Part shown: positions 9,200 through 19,019 of the stretch, piece after piece | How positions within the stretch are numbered: the first letter of the stretch is position 1 | Layout of the letters: each line of letters opens with the position of its first letter | From: Candidatus Uhrbacteria bacterium GW2011_GWE2_46_68 | Lineage (GTDB): Bacteria > Patescibacteriota > Patescibacteriia > UBA9934 > GWF2-40-263 | DNA: 60,260 nt | Reading direction: 5' to 3' | Assembly (NCBI GenBank): GCA_001002765.1 | Contig: LCMS01000003.1 | Coordinates: forward strand, 1 to 60,260 | Made by a program: the position numbers and the translations under genes | The notes under the pieces: generated by a model | What the model saw: the letters and a program-made list of their open reading frames with translations, nothing else | Told to the model about the DNA's origin: nothing | Databases searched by the model: none

Positions 9200-9667
9200 G
9201 TGGACATCATCATAAACAATATGCATATACCAGAATCTCTTTCTTCTTTTTCTGTCCCCACTCTTGTGGCTGTAACCGACAGCCAACAAGCTCTTTTCTA
9301 TCTTGGTCGTGATCGTCTTTTTGAAAAAATCAAAGAGGTGCATCAAGACGAAATGCTTGATAAAGATCCGGAACGTTATGCGATGTATACGCCCGACGGC
9401 ACTCACTCGGGAGCATACAACGAACGGGCTGCTATGGTGGCGCGAGAAAAATTTTACGATGAGCTTAGCGAATCGTTAAAACAGGAGTGTGAAAAACATG
9501 CAGTTGAGTCCTTGGTGATTTGTGTGCCTGAAGAACACGAAAATGAACTCAAGGAGACCTTGCACGGAAACTTATTGAAACGCACAAAACTCTGGATCCC
9601 AAAAAATCTTGTGCAGGAGGCGCCGCTTGATATTTTAGAATATCTTGCCGAGGCAAAGGAAAAATAA
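9200..9667 (+). CDS. Host-attachment/baeRF (release-factor-like) family protein
   Basis: LVAVTDSQQALFY start and LVICVP...LKETLHGNLLKR...KNLVQ end resemble the eRF1-domain-like family; no database check. Confidence 0.55.
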   Translation: MDIIINNMHIPESLSSFSVPTLVAVTDSQQALFYLGRDRLFEKIKEVHQDEMLDKDPERYAMYTPDGTHSGAYNERAAMVAREKFYDELSESLKQECEKHAVESLVICVPEEHENELKETLHGNLLKRTKLWIPKNLVQEAPLDILEYLAEAKEK

Positions 9668-9694
9668 AACACCCGTCTTTTTCGGATGCTTTCC

Positions 9695-9771
9695 TGGAGG
9701 CCACGGCCGGAGTCGAACCGGCGAATAGCGGTTTTGCAGACCGCCGCGTTAGGCCTCTTCGCCACGTGGCC
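9695..9771 (-). tRNA. tRNA-Cys(GCA)
   Basis: GGCCACG/CGTGGCC acceptor stem, anticodon loop CTGCAAA, TTCGACT T-loop, U discriminator, encoded CCA. Confidence 0.97.
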
Positions 9772-9835
9772 AGGGTGAGCCGATCATAGCAAAGACAAAA
9801 GGAAAAATCAAAAAAACGGCCCGGAGGCCGTTTCT

Positions 9836-10462
9836 TTAAAATGTTTCGATCATGACATATTGAACACCGAATTGAACCGCTTGTTCACGTGTAGGCATCC
9901 AGATATCTGCGCGATAATAATAGCGGGCATTCATGCGGTCGTTCACGGTAAATACTTTGTCACCATAGAGCTCCGGGATTCTCACCTTGGTTCCAATTGG
10001 AAGAAAGTTTGCGGCGATTCCTCCGTCATACACATATTCTCCGGTGGCTGTAATAAATGGGTCATCATCACATTGGTCAACTGTGGAGGAATACGCTGTA
10101 ATGGGGATAGTAAAAATTTTACGAGCTTCCGCGTCTTGTGCTTGAGGAAGAATGCCGAAATCCCGTGTCTTGTTTTGAATGGACTCTACAATAAGAGAAG
10201 CTGTTTTTTCGGAAATAATATGAGGCCCCGTGTCTACATCAGCAATAGCTGTCAGAGGGTGAAAGACCGCACAAGAAATCACAAAAACAAAGAAAATGGC
10301 GATGAGCTCTCCGGTGTGTTTTTTTAAAAACATCCGGCGAGCCATTTTTTGTTTCTTGTTCAAAGAAATTCGGTGTAAAGACGAAAAGAATGTCTGTATT
10401 TTTGCGATCCAGGAAAAATGAATGATTCTGTTCTTTTTTTGTTTCTTTTGTGTATTCGACAT
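9836..10462 (-). CDS. 3D-domain (MltA-like) cell-wall protein
   Basis: ITAYSSTVDQCDDDPFITATG...IAANFLPIGTKV...VNDRMN...DIWM; start 10462 or 10345. Confidence 0.85.
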   Translation of the reverse strand: MSNTQKKQKKNRIIHFSWIAKIQTFFSSLHRISLNKKQKMARRMFLKKHTGELIAIFFVFVISCAVFHPLTAIADVDTGPHIISEKTASLIVESIQNKTRDFGILPQAQDAEARKIFTIPITAYSSTVDQCDDDPFITATGEYVYDGGIAANFLPIGTKVRIPELYGDKVFTVNDRMNARYYYRADIWMPTREQAVQFGVQYVMIETF

Positions 10463-10536
10463 ACCCCGTGTAGCAGTCCTCCTTGGGCCACACAGGGTAG
10501 GCCAAATAAAAAGTTCCGCGCTTACGGAACTCCTAA

Positions 10537-10565
10537 AGAATACCATATTTTAGCCTTTTTGTCAA
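10537..10565 (-). promoter_or_regulatory. Sigma-70 promoter for the 3D-domain gene
   Basis: Minus strand TTGACA-N17-TATTCT with extended -10 TG. Confidence 0.6.
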
Positions 10566-10673
10566 CGTATGGTATGTGCAAAAAATGCGTTTGCTATAAT
10601 CATTGTCAAGAGGGAAACGTCTTTTTTTCTTGAGAAAAATGCGCTATTCTATAAGCAACTTTTCTCTTTTTTT

Positions 10674-13637
10674 ATGACCATGCATTACACACGAGGGTGG
10701 AAAAAACATTCTTCAAAACAACGTATCATTTCTCTTCTCACAAAAGTTTTTGTCTTTCTTACTAAACGATTTGGGTTATCAAAAGGAACTTTGATTAAAA
10801 ACGGTATTCTCATTTTTCTTACTTTAGGGGTTCTTGGTTCTCTTGGAATTCTTGGTGTTTTTGCCTATGTCAGTCAGGATCTCCCAGATCCCAACACACT
10901 CACCGATCGTTCCATTAGCCAAACGACAAAAATCTATGACCGCACAGGGGAACATCTCCTCTATGAGGTCTATGGGGAAGAAAACCGTACTCTTGTTCAG
11001 TTAAGTGAAGGTTTTTGCAAAGATGATGAGCATCTTGTGGTAGATGTAAGCGGGATCCCTTTGGTGGCGGTAGAGGCAACAATCGCGGCAGAGGATCGTC
11101 ATTTTTGCTCTCATTATGGTTTTGATCTCAAAGGTATTGCACGCGCCTTTATTCAAAATATTTTCGGAAATCGTGTCGGTGGCTCTACTATTACTCAGCA
11201 ACTTGTGAAAAATGCGATCCTGTCGAGCGAAAAAACCATGACGCGAAAAATAAAGGAACTGATCATTTCCATCGAGCTCGAACGCCGATATTCCAAAGAT
11301 GAAATCCTCCAAATCTATTTCAATGAAATTGGTTATGGATCGACCTATTATGGAATCGAAACGGCTTCACAAAATTTTTTTCATAAACACATCTCTGATG
11401 TAACCCTTGCCGAAGCTGCCACTCTTGCGGCACTTCCCCAGGCCACCACCACTTATCTCAATAACCCCGATCTTTTAAAAGCGCGCCGTGATTGGATTTT
11501 GGGAGAAATGTTGGAACAAGGATTTATTACGCAAGAAGAGTTGAATGAGGCTCTTTTACAAGATACGGCCATCGGTGTGCAGGTCACCAACATCTTTGCT
11601 CCCCATTTTGTTTTTTACGTCAAAGAAAAATTAGAGGAATCTTTTGATGTACCTATGGTAGAAGAAGGTGGACTTAAGGTCATCACTTCTCTGGATTATG
11701 ATCTACAGACCATTGCAGAGGAAGAGGTGGTAAAAGGGGTGGATGCTCGGGGAGAAACCTATGGTTTTACCAATGCCTCTTTAGTCGCTTTAGACCCACA
11801 TACAAGCCAGGTTCTTTCCATGGTCGGATCAAAAGATTTTTTTGATGAAGAAATTGATGGGCAGGTAAACGTAGCAACACGTCTTCGACAGCCGGGATCA
11901 AGTTTTAAACCCATTGTGTACGCGAAAGGTTTTGAGCTTGGTTATACACCAAACACCATTTTGTGGGATGTAGTCACCACATTTCAAACCGATACTGATC
12001 CTTACACTCCTCACAACTACACCCTTTTGGAATATGGGCCTGTTCACCTACGGAAAGCGCTTCAAGGGTCTTTGAATATTCCTGCGGTAAAAATGATCTC
12101 TCTGATTGGAGTCAATCAAGTCATTGATTTTGCACGCACTCTTGGGTACACCTCGTTTGAAGATTACGCAAATTATGGCCTTTCTCTTGTTCTTGGAGGA
12201 GGAGAGGTGCAATTATTGGAACATGCCAACGCTTACGGAGTTTTTGCAAATGAGGGCGTCTACCATGAACCGGTTGCTATTTTAAAAGTGGAAAATTATG
12301 ACGGAGAAACTTTGTATGAATGGAAAGAAGAGAAGGGAAAACAGGTAATTGATTCTAATGTGGCGCGCACGATCACAAATGTTCTTAAAGACAATGATGC
12401 TCGGTCGTTTATCTTTGGGGCAGAAAGTTATTTACAACTTGGGGATCGCGCGGTTGCGGCAAAATCCGGAACCACCAACGATTACCACGATGCTTGGACT
12501 GTTGGTTATGTCCCCTCTCTAGTAACAGGGGTATGGGTGGGAAACAATGATAGTACTGAGATGAAAAAAGGGGCGGATGGATCTACCGTCGCCGGACCTA
12601 TTTGGAACGGTTTTATGTCCCGTGCTTTGATGGGAAATCCTGTGGAATCCTTTCCTGATGCTGAAATTCTTGCAACAGGAAAAGAAATTTTGGATGGTGT
12701 TCTCCCTACCACCACAGTTACGGTTGATAAAACGACAGGAAAACTTGCAACCGATTACACACCAGATACTCAAAAAGAAGAACGGCAATACGCCGAATAT
12801 CACTCTATTTTGCACTATGTGAATCCAAGTGATCCACTTGGCCCTATCCCCGAGCATCCGGAGGAAAATGCACAATATGAAAGTTGGGAATCTGCCGTGG
12901 CCGCATGGATCTCCGCTAAAGAACAAGAAACGGGAATAAAAATCACAGCAGGTGAACCACCGACCGAATATGATGATATTCATGGGCCCGCATTTTACCC
13001 ATCTCTTTCCATCGAATCTCCTTCGCAAGGAGAAGAAATCAATGATCGAGAATTTTCTGTGCAGGTGAACGCAGATGCTCCTTTGGGAGTTGCTCGTGTG
13101 GATGCTTATATTGATGGTTATTATCTGGACTCTGACACTTCCGAGCCCTATCAACTCCATCTGTCTTTGCCAAACAATATCACACGAGGTTATCACACTC
13201 TTAAGGTGGTTGCTTATGATAATGTAGATAATAGCGCTTCTCTATCAGTGGGGATTCAAATGAATGAAGATCCTTCCTCTGCGCAAGTGGAGATTGTGGA
13301 CCCGAAAAACAATCAATTGATCCAAAAAGTTTCTGATATTTACACGGTCGTTGTGTATTTAGAAGATCCTTCGCAATACACCTCACTTTCTCTTTACCAA
13401 AAACCCTTTGGGCAAGGAGAAACGACAACAGTGGGGAGTATTAGAGAACTTTCCTCTCCTTATCAAATATTTGATTGGACTCTTCCTGAGGATGGAAAAT
13501 GGATTTTATATGCCAAGGCACGCCTTATAAGCGGAGAAAACATTCAAACAGCCGGAATGATCGTGGAGGTTTTTACCTCACAGACAACGACAGATGAGGT
13601 GTTTATAGAAGATTCTCCCCTGAGTCCATTTGAGTAA
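10674..13637 (+). CDS. Class A penicillin-binding protein (PBP1A) with C-terminal Ig-like domains
   Basis: Transglycosylase motifs AAED, GGSTITQQLVKN and RKIKE; transpeptidase motifs GSSFK, SLN and KSGTT; start approximate. Confidence 0.95.
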   Translation: MTMHYTRGWKKHSSKQRIISLLTKVFVFLTKRFGLSKGTLIKNGILIFLTLGVLGSLGILGVFAYVSQDLPDPNTLTDRSISQTTKIYDRTGEHLLYEVYGEENRTLVQLSEGFCKDDEHLVVDVSGIPLVAVEATIAAEDRHFCSHYGFDLKGIARAFIQNIFGNRVGGSTITQQLVKNAILSSEKTMTRKIKELIISIELERRYSKDEILQIYFNEIGYGSTYYGIETASQNFFHKHISDVTLAEAATLAALPQATTTYLNNPDLLKARRDWILGEMLEQGFITQEELNEALLQDTAIGVQVTNIFAPHFVFYVKEKLEESFDVPMVEEGGLKVITSLDYDLQTIAEEEVVKGVDARGETYGFTNASLVALDPHTSQVLSMVGSKDFFDEEIDGQVNVATRLRQPGSSFKPIVYAKGFELGYTPNTILWDVVTTFQTDTDPYTPHNYTLLEYGPVHLRKALQGSLNIPAVKMISLIGVNQVIDFARTLGYTSFEDYANYGLSLVLGGGEVQLLEHANAYGVFANEGVYHEPVAILKVENYDGETLYEWKEEKGKQVIDSNVARTITNVLKDNDARSFIFGAESYLQLGDRAVAAKSGTTNDYHDAWTVGYVPSLVTGVWVGNNDSTEMKKGADGSTVAGPIWNGFMSRALMGNPVESFPDAEILATGKEILDGVLPTTTVTVDKTTGKLATDYTPDTQKEERQYAEYHSILHYVNPSDPLGPIPEHPEENAQYESWESAVAAWISAKEQETGIKITAGEPPTEYDDIHGPAFYPSLSIESPSQGEEINDREFSVQVNADAPLGVARVDAYIDGYYLDSDTSEPYQLHLSLPNNITRGYHTLKVVAYDNVDNSASLSVGIQMNEDPSSAQVEIVDPKNNQLIQKVSDIYTVVVYLEDPSQYTSLSLYQKPFGQGETTTVGSIRELSSPYQIFDWTLPEDGKWILYAKARLISGENIQTAGMIVEVFTSQTTTDEVFIEDSPLSPFE

Positions 13638-13673
13638 AAAAATCCCTCGCGTGCCTGTGCGAGGGATTTTTTT
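13636..13673. terminator. Bidirectional intrinsic terminator (PBP1A/dnaN)
   Basis: aaaaaaatccctcgc-gtgcctgt-gcgagggatttttt between convergent genes. Confidence 0.85.
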
Positions 13674-14808
13674 ATTGCCGAATTGGCATCACGACATAGC
13701 GGTAGGATTCATGAGAGCCCTTGGGCAGTATGAGACAAGGGTTTGAGGCATCGATCATCTGAAATTGTATTTGCTCGCTTGTCATCGCATTTAAACCGTC
13801 TAGAAGGTATCTGTAGTTCACGGTTACGTTGTTTGTTTGACCCGAAAGATTCCCCATACAAATTGTGGTGTTTTTTCCACGATTGGCATCAAGGGCTTTC
13901 ACGTGGATTTGTTGCTTGTCTGGAAAAAACTCCAATGTGACATCATAAAGCCCGGTACGGGAAAAAAGACTGGCGGTTTTAATGGATTTAATAAAATCCG
14001 TGCGATCCACCACTGCTTCCGTTTGAAAAGTGGAAGGAATGATCTGTTGATAATCCGGATAATACCCTTCGATCATACGAGAAATAATTTCCACCGGACC
14101 AAAAACAAACACGACTTGATTTTCAGATAACTGCACGGTAAGGGAAGATGGGGATTCCACATCATCTTTAAACACAGAAAGAATTCTGTTTACTTCCACC
14201 AAGGTTCTTGCGGGAAAAATAACGGTTTCTTCTTGATCTACTTGAGAAATGAGGGGAAGGGTGGATTCGGAAAGACGGTAAGAATCGGTGGAAGCAAGAG
14301 TAAGAAGACTTTCTCCATCCCCTTTTTTAAATTTTGCACAAATACCCGTAAGTTCGGGACGGGATTCGTTTGTTGCTACAGAAAAAAGGACTTGCGAAAG
14401 AGCTTTTTTAAAATCATCAACAGGAATGGAATAAGAACGCTGCGCCTGAACAGAAGGAATAAGAGGAAAATCAGAAGAAGGAAGTCCTTTGATTGTTGTT
14501 TCGTAAGAACCGCAAAAAATATCTACTCCTTCATCTTGATTAATAAGGGTAACGATCTCGTTTGGAAGAAGGGAAACATAGTCATAAAAAAGCTTGGAGG
14601 GAATAGTATATTCACCCTGTTCTTCTACTTTTCCACGAATAATACAATGAATAGCTATTTCTAAATTTGTGGAAGTAAATTTTATTGATCCCCCCTCTGT
14701 TTTTACAAGAACATTTTGAAGAATGGGAAGATTTACATTTTTATTTGAAAGATGACTTGTAATAGAGAGTCCTTGAAAAAGATTTTCTCTTGTGCAAGAT
14801 AGTTTCAT
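13672..14808 (-). CDS. dnaN: DNA polymerase III beta clamp
   Basis: TNLEI, ESRPELTG, ASTDSYRLSE, YPDYQQIIP and YVVMPIRQ; downstream of dnaA. Confidence 0.97.
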   Translation of the reverse strand: MKLSCTRENLFQGLSITSHLSNKNVNLPILQNVLVKTEGGSIKFTSTNLEIAIHCIIRGKVEEQGEYTIPSKLFYDYVSLLPNEIVTLINQDEGVDIFCGSYETTIKGLPSSDFPLIPSVQAQRSYSIPVDDFKKALSQVLFSVATNESRPELTGICAKFKKGDGESLLTLASTDSYRLSESTLPLISQVDQEETVIFPARTLVEVNRILSVFKDDVESPSSLTVQLSENQVVFVFGPVEIISRMIEGYYPDYQQIIPSTFQTEAVVDRTDFIKSIKTASLFSRTGLYDVTLEFFPDKQQIHVKALDANRGKNTTICMGNLSGQTNNVTVNYRYLLDGLNAMTSEQIQFQMIDASNPCLILPKGSHESYRYVVMPIRQ

Positions 14809-14811
14809 ATT

Positions 14812-15029
14812 AATTCAAGAGATATATATAAAAGATAATAACAATAAGGGGTGTGGATAGGGAGGATAAGTGAAAAAAGAGGAGGAAAGATAAGGGGTTT
14901 TAAGAAAAAAATTTGTGAGCAGTCTTGTGTAAAGAAAGTGTGGGACAGTGGATGAAATAAAGAGAAAAAATCATAAAAACATTTTACCCACTTTTTTATC
15001 CCACAAAACCCTCTTATTACCCACAACAT
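14812..15029 (-). promoter_or_regulatory. oriC unwinding region: DnaA boxes, DnaA-trios and AT-rich tract
   Basis: Minus strand TTATCCTCC (14861-14869), CTATCCACA (14852-14860), CCCC, TTA-TTG-TTA-TTA, AT-rich run, then dnaN ATG; further box TTACCCACA on plus strand at 15017-15025. Confidence 0.8.
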
Positions 15030-16439
15030 TTAAGCGTTATATAAACGTTGTTTAATAAGCTCAATATCATGTTGTAGTTTTTCATCTTCCTCAAGACAAT
15101 TGATTATTTTTTCATACGCATGCATAGCGGTTGTATGATCTCTTCCCCCAAGCTCGGTGCCGATAGAAGGATAACTTGCTTTCATTTCTTCTCGCATTAA
15201 ATACATGACAATTTGTCGTGGGAAAGCGAGGCGTTTTTCCCGACTTTTTCCAAGGAGTTCTTCAGCTTTGATTTCAAAATAGGTAGCGACCGTATGAATG
15301 AGATGTCTTGGGGTCACGGTCTTTTTTGTGGCATTTGCACTAAAACTTCCTAGAATTGGTTTTACAGTTTCGAGAGTAGGGTGGAGGTTTTTAAATTGAT
15401 GAAAAGCAATGATTTTATTGAGAGCTCCTTCAAGTTCCCGCACATTGCTTTGGATAAGAGAGGCAACATGATGCAGGATTTCTCTAGCAAGCGGACAAGA
15501 TTTTTCTTTACATTTCATTTCTAAAATGGCAACACGTGTTTCAAAATCCGGGCTTCCTACATCAGCCATCATTCCGCATTCAAAACGTGAAATGAGCCTA
15601 CTTTCAAGGGTTGGAATAGCTTTAGGAGGACGATCGGAAGAAATGATGATTTGCTTATTGTTTTGATAAAGCTGGTTAAATGTATGAAAGAACTCTTCCT
15701 GCGTTCCTTCTTTTCCCGTAATAAATTGAATATCATCCACAAGGAATACATCCACATTACGATATCGATTTTTAAAATCCCTCGCCTGACCACTGCGTAC
15801 CGCATTGATATAGTCATTGGTAAAACGCTCGCAGGTAACATAAAGGATACGAATAGATGGGTTTTTGCGAAGTAATTCATTCCCCACCGCCTGAAGAAGG
15901 TGGGTTTTACCAAGCCCAACACCCCCATAAATAAAGAGAGGGTTGTAGACCCCACCGGGTTGACTGGAGACAGCTTGGGCAGCGGCATGAGCCAGTTCAT
16001 TTTGTTTTCCTACAACAAAACTTGAAAACGTATATTTTCCGTTTAAGGAAAATTCACTTCCCGGTTGAGTGTTTGTCTGTGGTTGATATGAGGAAGGAGA
16101 AGTGTAAGTGTAAGGTGCAGCCGAGGGTTGTTGGGAAGCTTCCTCGACGGGTATTGGTTCTTCTTGAGGAATCTGTTGTGGATCGGTTGGGCGAGTTTCT
16201 ACACGATAAGCAATTATTTTAACGCGATTGTTGGTATGGTTTTGTAGAGAAAGAATAATCTGTTTGTGATATTTTTTTTCAAGCCACGCATGAGTGAATA
16301 AATTAGGGACACCAATGACAACCGTATCCACACTAAAAGAAACAATAAAGGTGTTACGAAACCATGTTGTGAAATTAGCCTTACTCAACGTAAGCTCTAA
16401 TTCTCCCAGTACAGCTTTCCACAAATCTTTTGTATCCAT
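15030..16439 (-). CDS. dnaA: Chromosomal replication initiator DnaA
   Basis: YNPLFIYGGVGLGKTHLL Walker A, VDDIQF and GGRDHTTAMHA. Confidence 0.99.
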   Translation of the reverse strand: MDTKDLWKAVLGELELTLSKANFTTWFRNTFIVSFSVDTVVIGVPNLFTHAWLEKKYHKQIILSLQNHTNNRVKIIAYRVETRPTDPQQIPQEEPIPVEEASQQPSAAPYTYTSPSSYQPQTNTQPGSEFSLNGKYTFSSFVVGKQNELAHAAAQAVSSQPGGVYNPLFIYGGVGLGKTHLLQAVGNELLRKNPSIRILYVTCERFTNDYINAVRSGQARDFKNRYRNVDVFLVDDIQFITGKEGTQEEFFHTFNQLYQNNKQIIISSDRPPKAIPTLESRLISRFECGMMADVGSPDFETRVAILEMKCKEKSCPLAREILHHVASLIQSNVRELEGALNKIIAFHQFKNLHPTLETVKPILGSFSANATKKTVTPRHLIHTVATYFEIKAEELLGKSREKRLAFPRQIVMYLMREEMKASYPSIGTELGGRDHTTAMHAYEKIINCLEEDEKLQHDIELIKQRLYNA

Positions 16440-16493
16440 AAAATAAAGGTCTAAAGAGAATCTAAGAAGGAAGTGATTACCAGTGTAGTTGAT

Positions 16494-16564
16494 TTATCCA
16501 CACCTAAGCAAGTGCAAGAATGGAGGATAAAACAGTTGATAAAATGTGGATAGAATGGTAGAAT
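16494..16564 (+). promoter_or_regulatory. DnaA boxes and rpmH promoter in the dnaA-rpmH intergenic region
   Basis: Perfect TTATCCACA at 16494-16502; TGTGGATAG (16545-16553) lies inside the spacer of TTGATA-N17-TAGAAT (16536-16564). Confidence 0.7.
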
Positions 16565-16573
16565 GTTTTCATT

Positions 16574-16726
16574 ATGACTAAAAGAACCTATCAACCAAAA
16601 AAACGTCGACAGGTAAAAAAGCACGGATTTCGTGCCCGCATGAAGACAGTCGGCGGACGTCGTGTCCTTAAAGCAAGACGTGCAAAAGGACGCAAAAAAC
16701 TCGCATCCGAAAAGAAGTTGAAATAA
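16574..16726 (+). CDS. rpmH: 50S ribosomal protein L34 (not in ORF track, 50 aa)
   Basis: Hand translation [43 protein letters not shown]. Confidence 0.97.
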   Translation: MTKRTYQPKKRRQVKKHGFRARMKTVGGRRVLKARRAKGRKKLASEKKLK

Positions 16727-16727
16727 C

Positions 16728-17075
16728 ATGCTTCCAAACATTTATCGACTTCGGCAAGAAAAAGATATCAAAGCGCTCTTTGCACGTGGCAAGAGCGTTT
16801 TTGACATTGTTCTTGGAATAAAATTCAAAAGGAATAATTTTTCTCATTCTCGTTTTGCGGTTGTTGTGGGAACAAAGATTTCAAAACGAGCGGTGATAAG
16901 AAATTTGATTAAGCGTCGACTACGAGCTGTTTTAGAGAAACACCTGGAAGATTTTCGACCTGGTTTTGACGTGATTGTTCTTGTGAAAGAAGGAGTGACA
17001 AAGTGCACTTTTACAGATTTAGAAAGCGAGCTTTTAAGATTATTGGAGCGTTCGGATATAAAGAAACCATCCTGA
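16728..17075 (+). CDS. rnpA: RNase P protein component
   Basis: [25 protein letters not shown] (RNR motif); follows rpmH. Confidence 0.95.
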   Translation: MLPNIYRLRQEKDIKALFARGKSVFDIVLGIKFKRNNFSHSRFAVVVGTKISKRAVIRNLIKRRLRAVLEKHLEDFRPGFDVIVLVKEGVTKCTFTDLESELLRLLERSDIKKPS

Positions 17076-17080
17076 TCATT

Positions 17081-17350
17081 ATGATGTTTTTTCGTTTTCC
17101 GAGCATTTTTATTGCCTTTTTGATCTCTATTTATCAAAAAACGCTTTCTTTTGACCATGGATTGTTGCGAATATTTCGACCTTACGGATCTTGTCGATAT
17201 TATCCGACTTGTTCTGAATATGGACGTGTGGCTATTTTACGTTTTGGAGTTTTTAAGGGGTGTTACCTCGCTTTTCGTCGTGTTTTACATTGCACCCCAT
17301 TTTCTCCGGGCGGTTTTGATCCTGTTCCAGAAAAGAAAAAACAGCCTTAG
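17081..17350 (+). CDS. yidD: Membrane protein insertion efficiency factor
   Basis: [10 protein letters not shown]...G...[18 protein letters not shown]; start moved to 17081. Confidence 0.93.
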   Translation: MMFFRFPSIFIAFLISIYQKTLSFDHGLLRIFRPYGSCRYYPTCSEYGRVAILRFGVFKGCYLAFRRVLHCTPFSPGGFDPVPEKKKQP

Positions 17351-17601
17351 ATGGCTGTTTTTTGAATCTTTTCTCGATAAGACTCTGGAATCGTGATTTG
17401 TTTTATTTTTGCTGTAGCTCCTCTTGTGATCATTATTTCACTTTTTGGGATATTCCATGTTTTTGCCAGAAAATCCACCAGTTCTTTATTTGCTTTCCCT
17501 TTTTCCGGAACCGCGGCAACCCACATTTGGAGTGTGTCTTCATCTAGCCAAACCAACTTATTCTCACGCGCATTTGGTTTTGTATAGATTGTGATGATCA
17601 C
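17347..17601 (-). CDS. DUF167/YggU family protein
   Basis: KPNA...[20 protein letters not shown]...RGATAKIK. Confidence 0.85.
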   Translation of the reverse strand: MIITIYTKPNARENKLVWLDEDTLQMWVAAVPEKGKANKELVDFLAKTWNIPKSEIMITRGATAKIKQITIPESYREKIQKTAI

Positions 17602-17603
17602 AT

Positions 17604-18899
17604 TTACGCTTTTACCATTACTTCACGCAGTTTTTGAATGGTTTTACGGTTTCGGATCATGTACTCGGTATAATCTCGGTACTCGGGAGAGTAGAGATGC
17701 TTTTTTATCTCCGGATTATCTTCATACATTTGTGCTGATCCATCTATTTCCTGATCAAGCTCTTCAGGTTTAACTGTAATTTCAAGGTCTTTTGCTATTT
17801 TTCTAAGAAGGATAGCCACTTTTATACGCATGAGAGCCTGTGGAGTGAAATCTAACTTTAAGTCTGCAATTGTGCGTTTGATGTTTTTGAGATAATCCTC
17901 AAAATTTACTCCCTGGCGCTCCACAGACTTTTGAAGTTCATAGAGCATCTTGTTTATTTCTTCGTTGACTAAAAGATCGGGAATTTCTTCAAAATCAGAC
18001 TTTTTAGCGATCATTTCAAGCATTTCTTTTTCTTGGCGACGCTCTTCTTCATGTTCTTTTTCATGAGCAATATTGTGTTTTAACACCTCTCGCAACCCGA
18101 TTAAATCTTTTTGCCCAATGGATTGAGCAAAAGCATCGTCTATTTCGGGAGAATCAAGGTGGTAAAGTTCATTGATTGTCACTTCAAATTCAATTTCCGA
18201 TCCAGCCAATATTTTTTGTATATGATCTTCAGGAAATTTTAACGTAAACGTCTTTTGTTCCCCCTCAGTCATTCCAATAAGCTGATCTTTAAGGCCTGGA
18301 ATATAGTAATCCTCTGGAAGATAAATCGCATGATTTGGCGATTGCCCTCCTTCAATAGCTACTCCGTCTTTTTTCATGTTCATGGAGACGACCACTTTAT
18401 CTTTTACTGTTGTTTTTACATCTTTTTGTGCGCGCACCTCTTTTGTTTGCATGCGAGAAAGGTCCTTGAGCGTGAGGTCAATTTCTTTATCCACGACTTG
18501 AATATCTTTTGGAGCAATAGTAAATGTTTTATAATCAGCCATTTGTGTTACCGATGGCATACGCGTAACTTCGGCGGTATAAATCAGATCGTTTCCAGGA
18601 GCCAATTTCACCACATCGATTTTTGGAGATCCAACAGCCTCGATTTTTTCTCCCATCAAAGCCTCGATATACGTCTTTCTAACCAACGGTTCCAGAGCCT
18701 CTTCGTAAATTTTCATTTCACCAACGCGTTGTTTTACGATTTCATAATTTGCCTTTCCAGGACGAAACCCAGGAATACTGGTTTCCTGTGAGATGTGCAT
18801 AGCAGCATCTTCTAAAAAAGGGGCAAGTTCGGTAAGAGGAATCGTGATCGTAAATTTTACGATATTTTTAGGGAGATGTTCGACAGCGATTTGTGGCAT
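17604..18899 (-). CDS. tig: Trigger factor
   Basis: IPGFRPGKA motif, FKBP-like middle domain; start moved to MPQI (18899). Confidence 0.95.
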   Translation of the reverse strand: MPQIAVEHLPKNIVKFTITIPLTELAPFLEDAAMHISQETSIPGFRPGKANYEIVKQRVGEMKIYEEALEPLVRKTYIEALMGEKIEAVGSPKIDVVKLAPGNDLIYTAEVTRMPSVTQMADYKTFTIAPKDIQVVDKEIDLTLKDLSRMQTKEVRAQKDVKTTVKDKVVVSMNMKKDGVAIEGGQSPNHAIYLPEDYYIPGLKDQLIGMTEGEQKTFTLKFPEDHIQKILAGSEIEFEVTINELYHLDSPEIDDAFAQSIGQKDLIGLREVLKHNIAHEKEHEEERRQEKEMLEMIAKKSDFEEIPDLLVNEEINKMLYELQKSVERQGVNFEDYLKNIKRTIADLKLDFTPQALMRIKVAILLRKIAKDLEITVKPEELDQEIDGSAQMYEDNPEIKKHLYSPEYRDYTEYMIRNRKTIQKLREVMVKA

Positions 18900-19019
18900 A
18901 AATAAAAGATAATAGTGTCGGAAAGTGTAGCTTTCTTGAGTTTTTGTGTCAAAAGAAAAAAGCGCACCCAACGACAATGACCGAAGGGTGGCTTTGTCGC
19001 GTAGATACGCGAGAGATCT

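Noticed and set aside
9191-9200. Head-to-head genes only 8 bp apart
   Set aside because: Probably a start-calling artefact; the downstream Met codons (MFAWH, MHIPE) leave a gap of about 40 bp.
10463-10498. SRP 4.5S RNA
   Set aside because: It lacks the CAGG-GNRA-AGCA domain IV signature.
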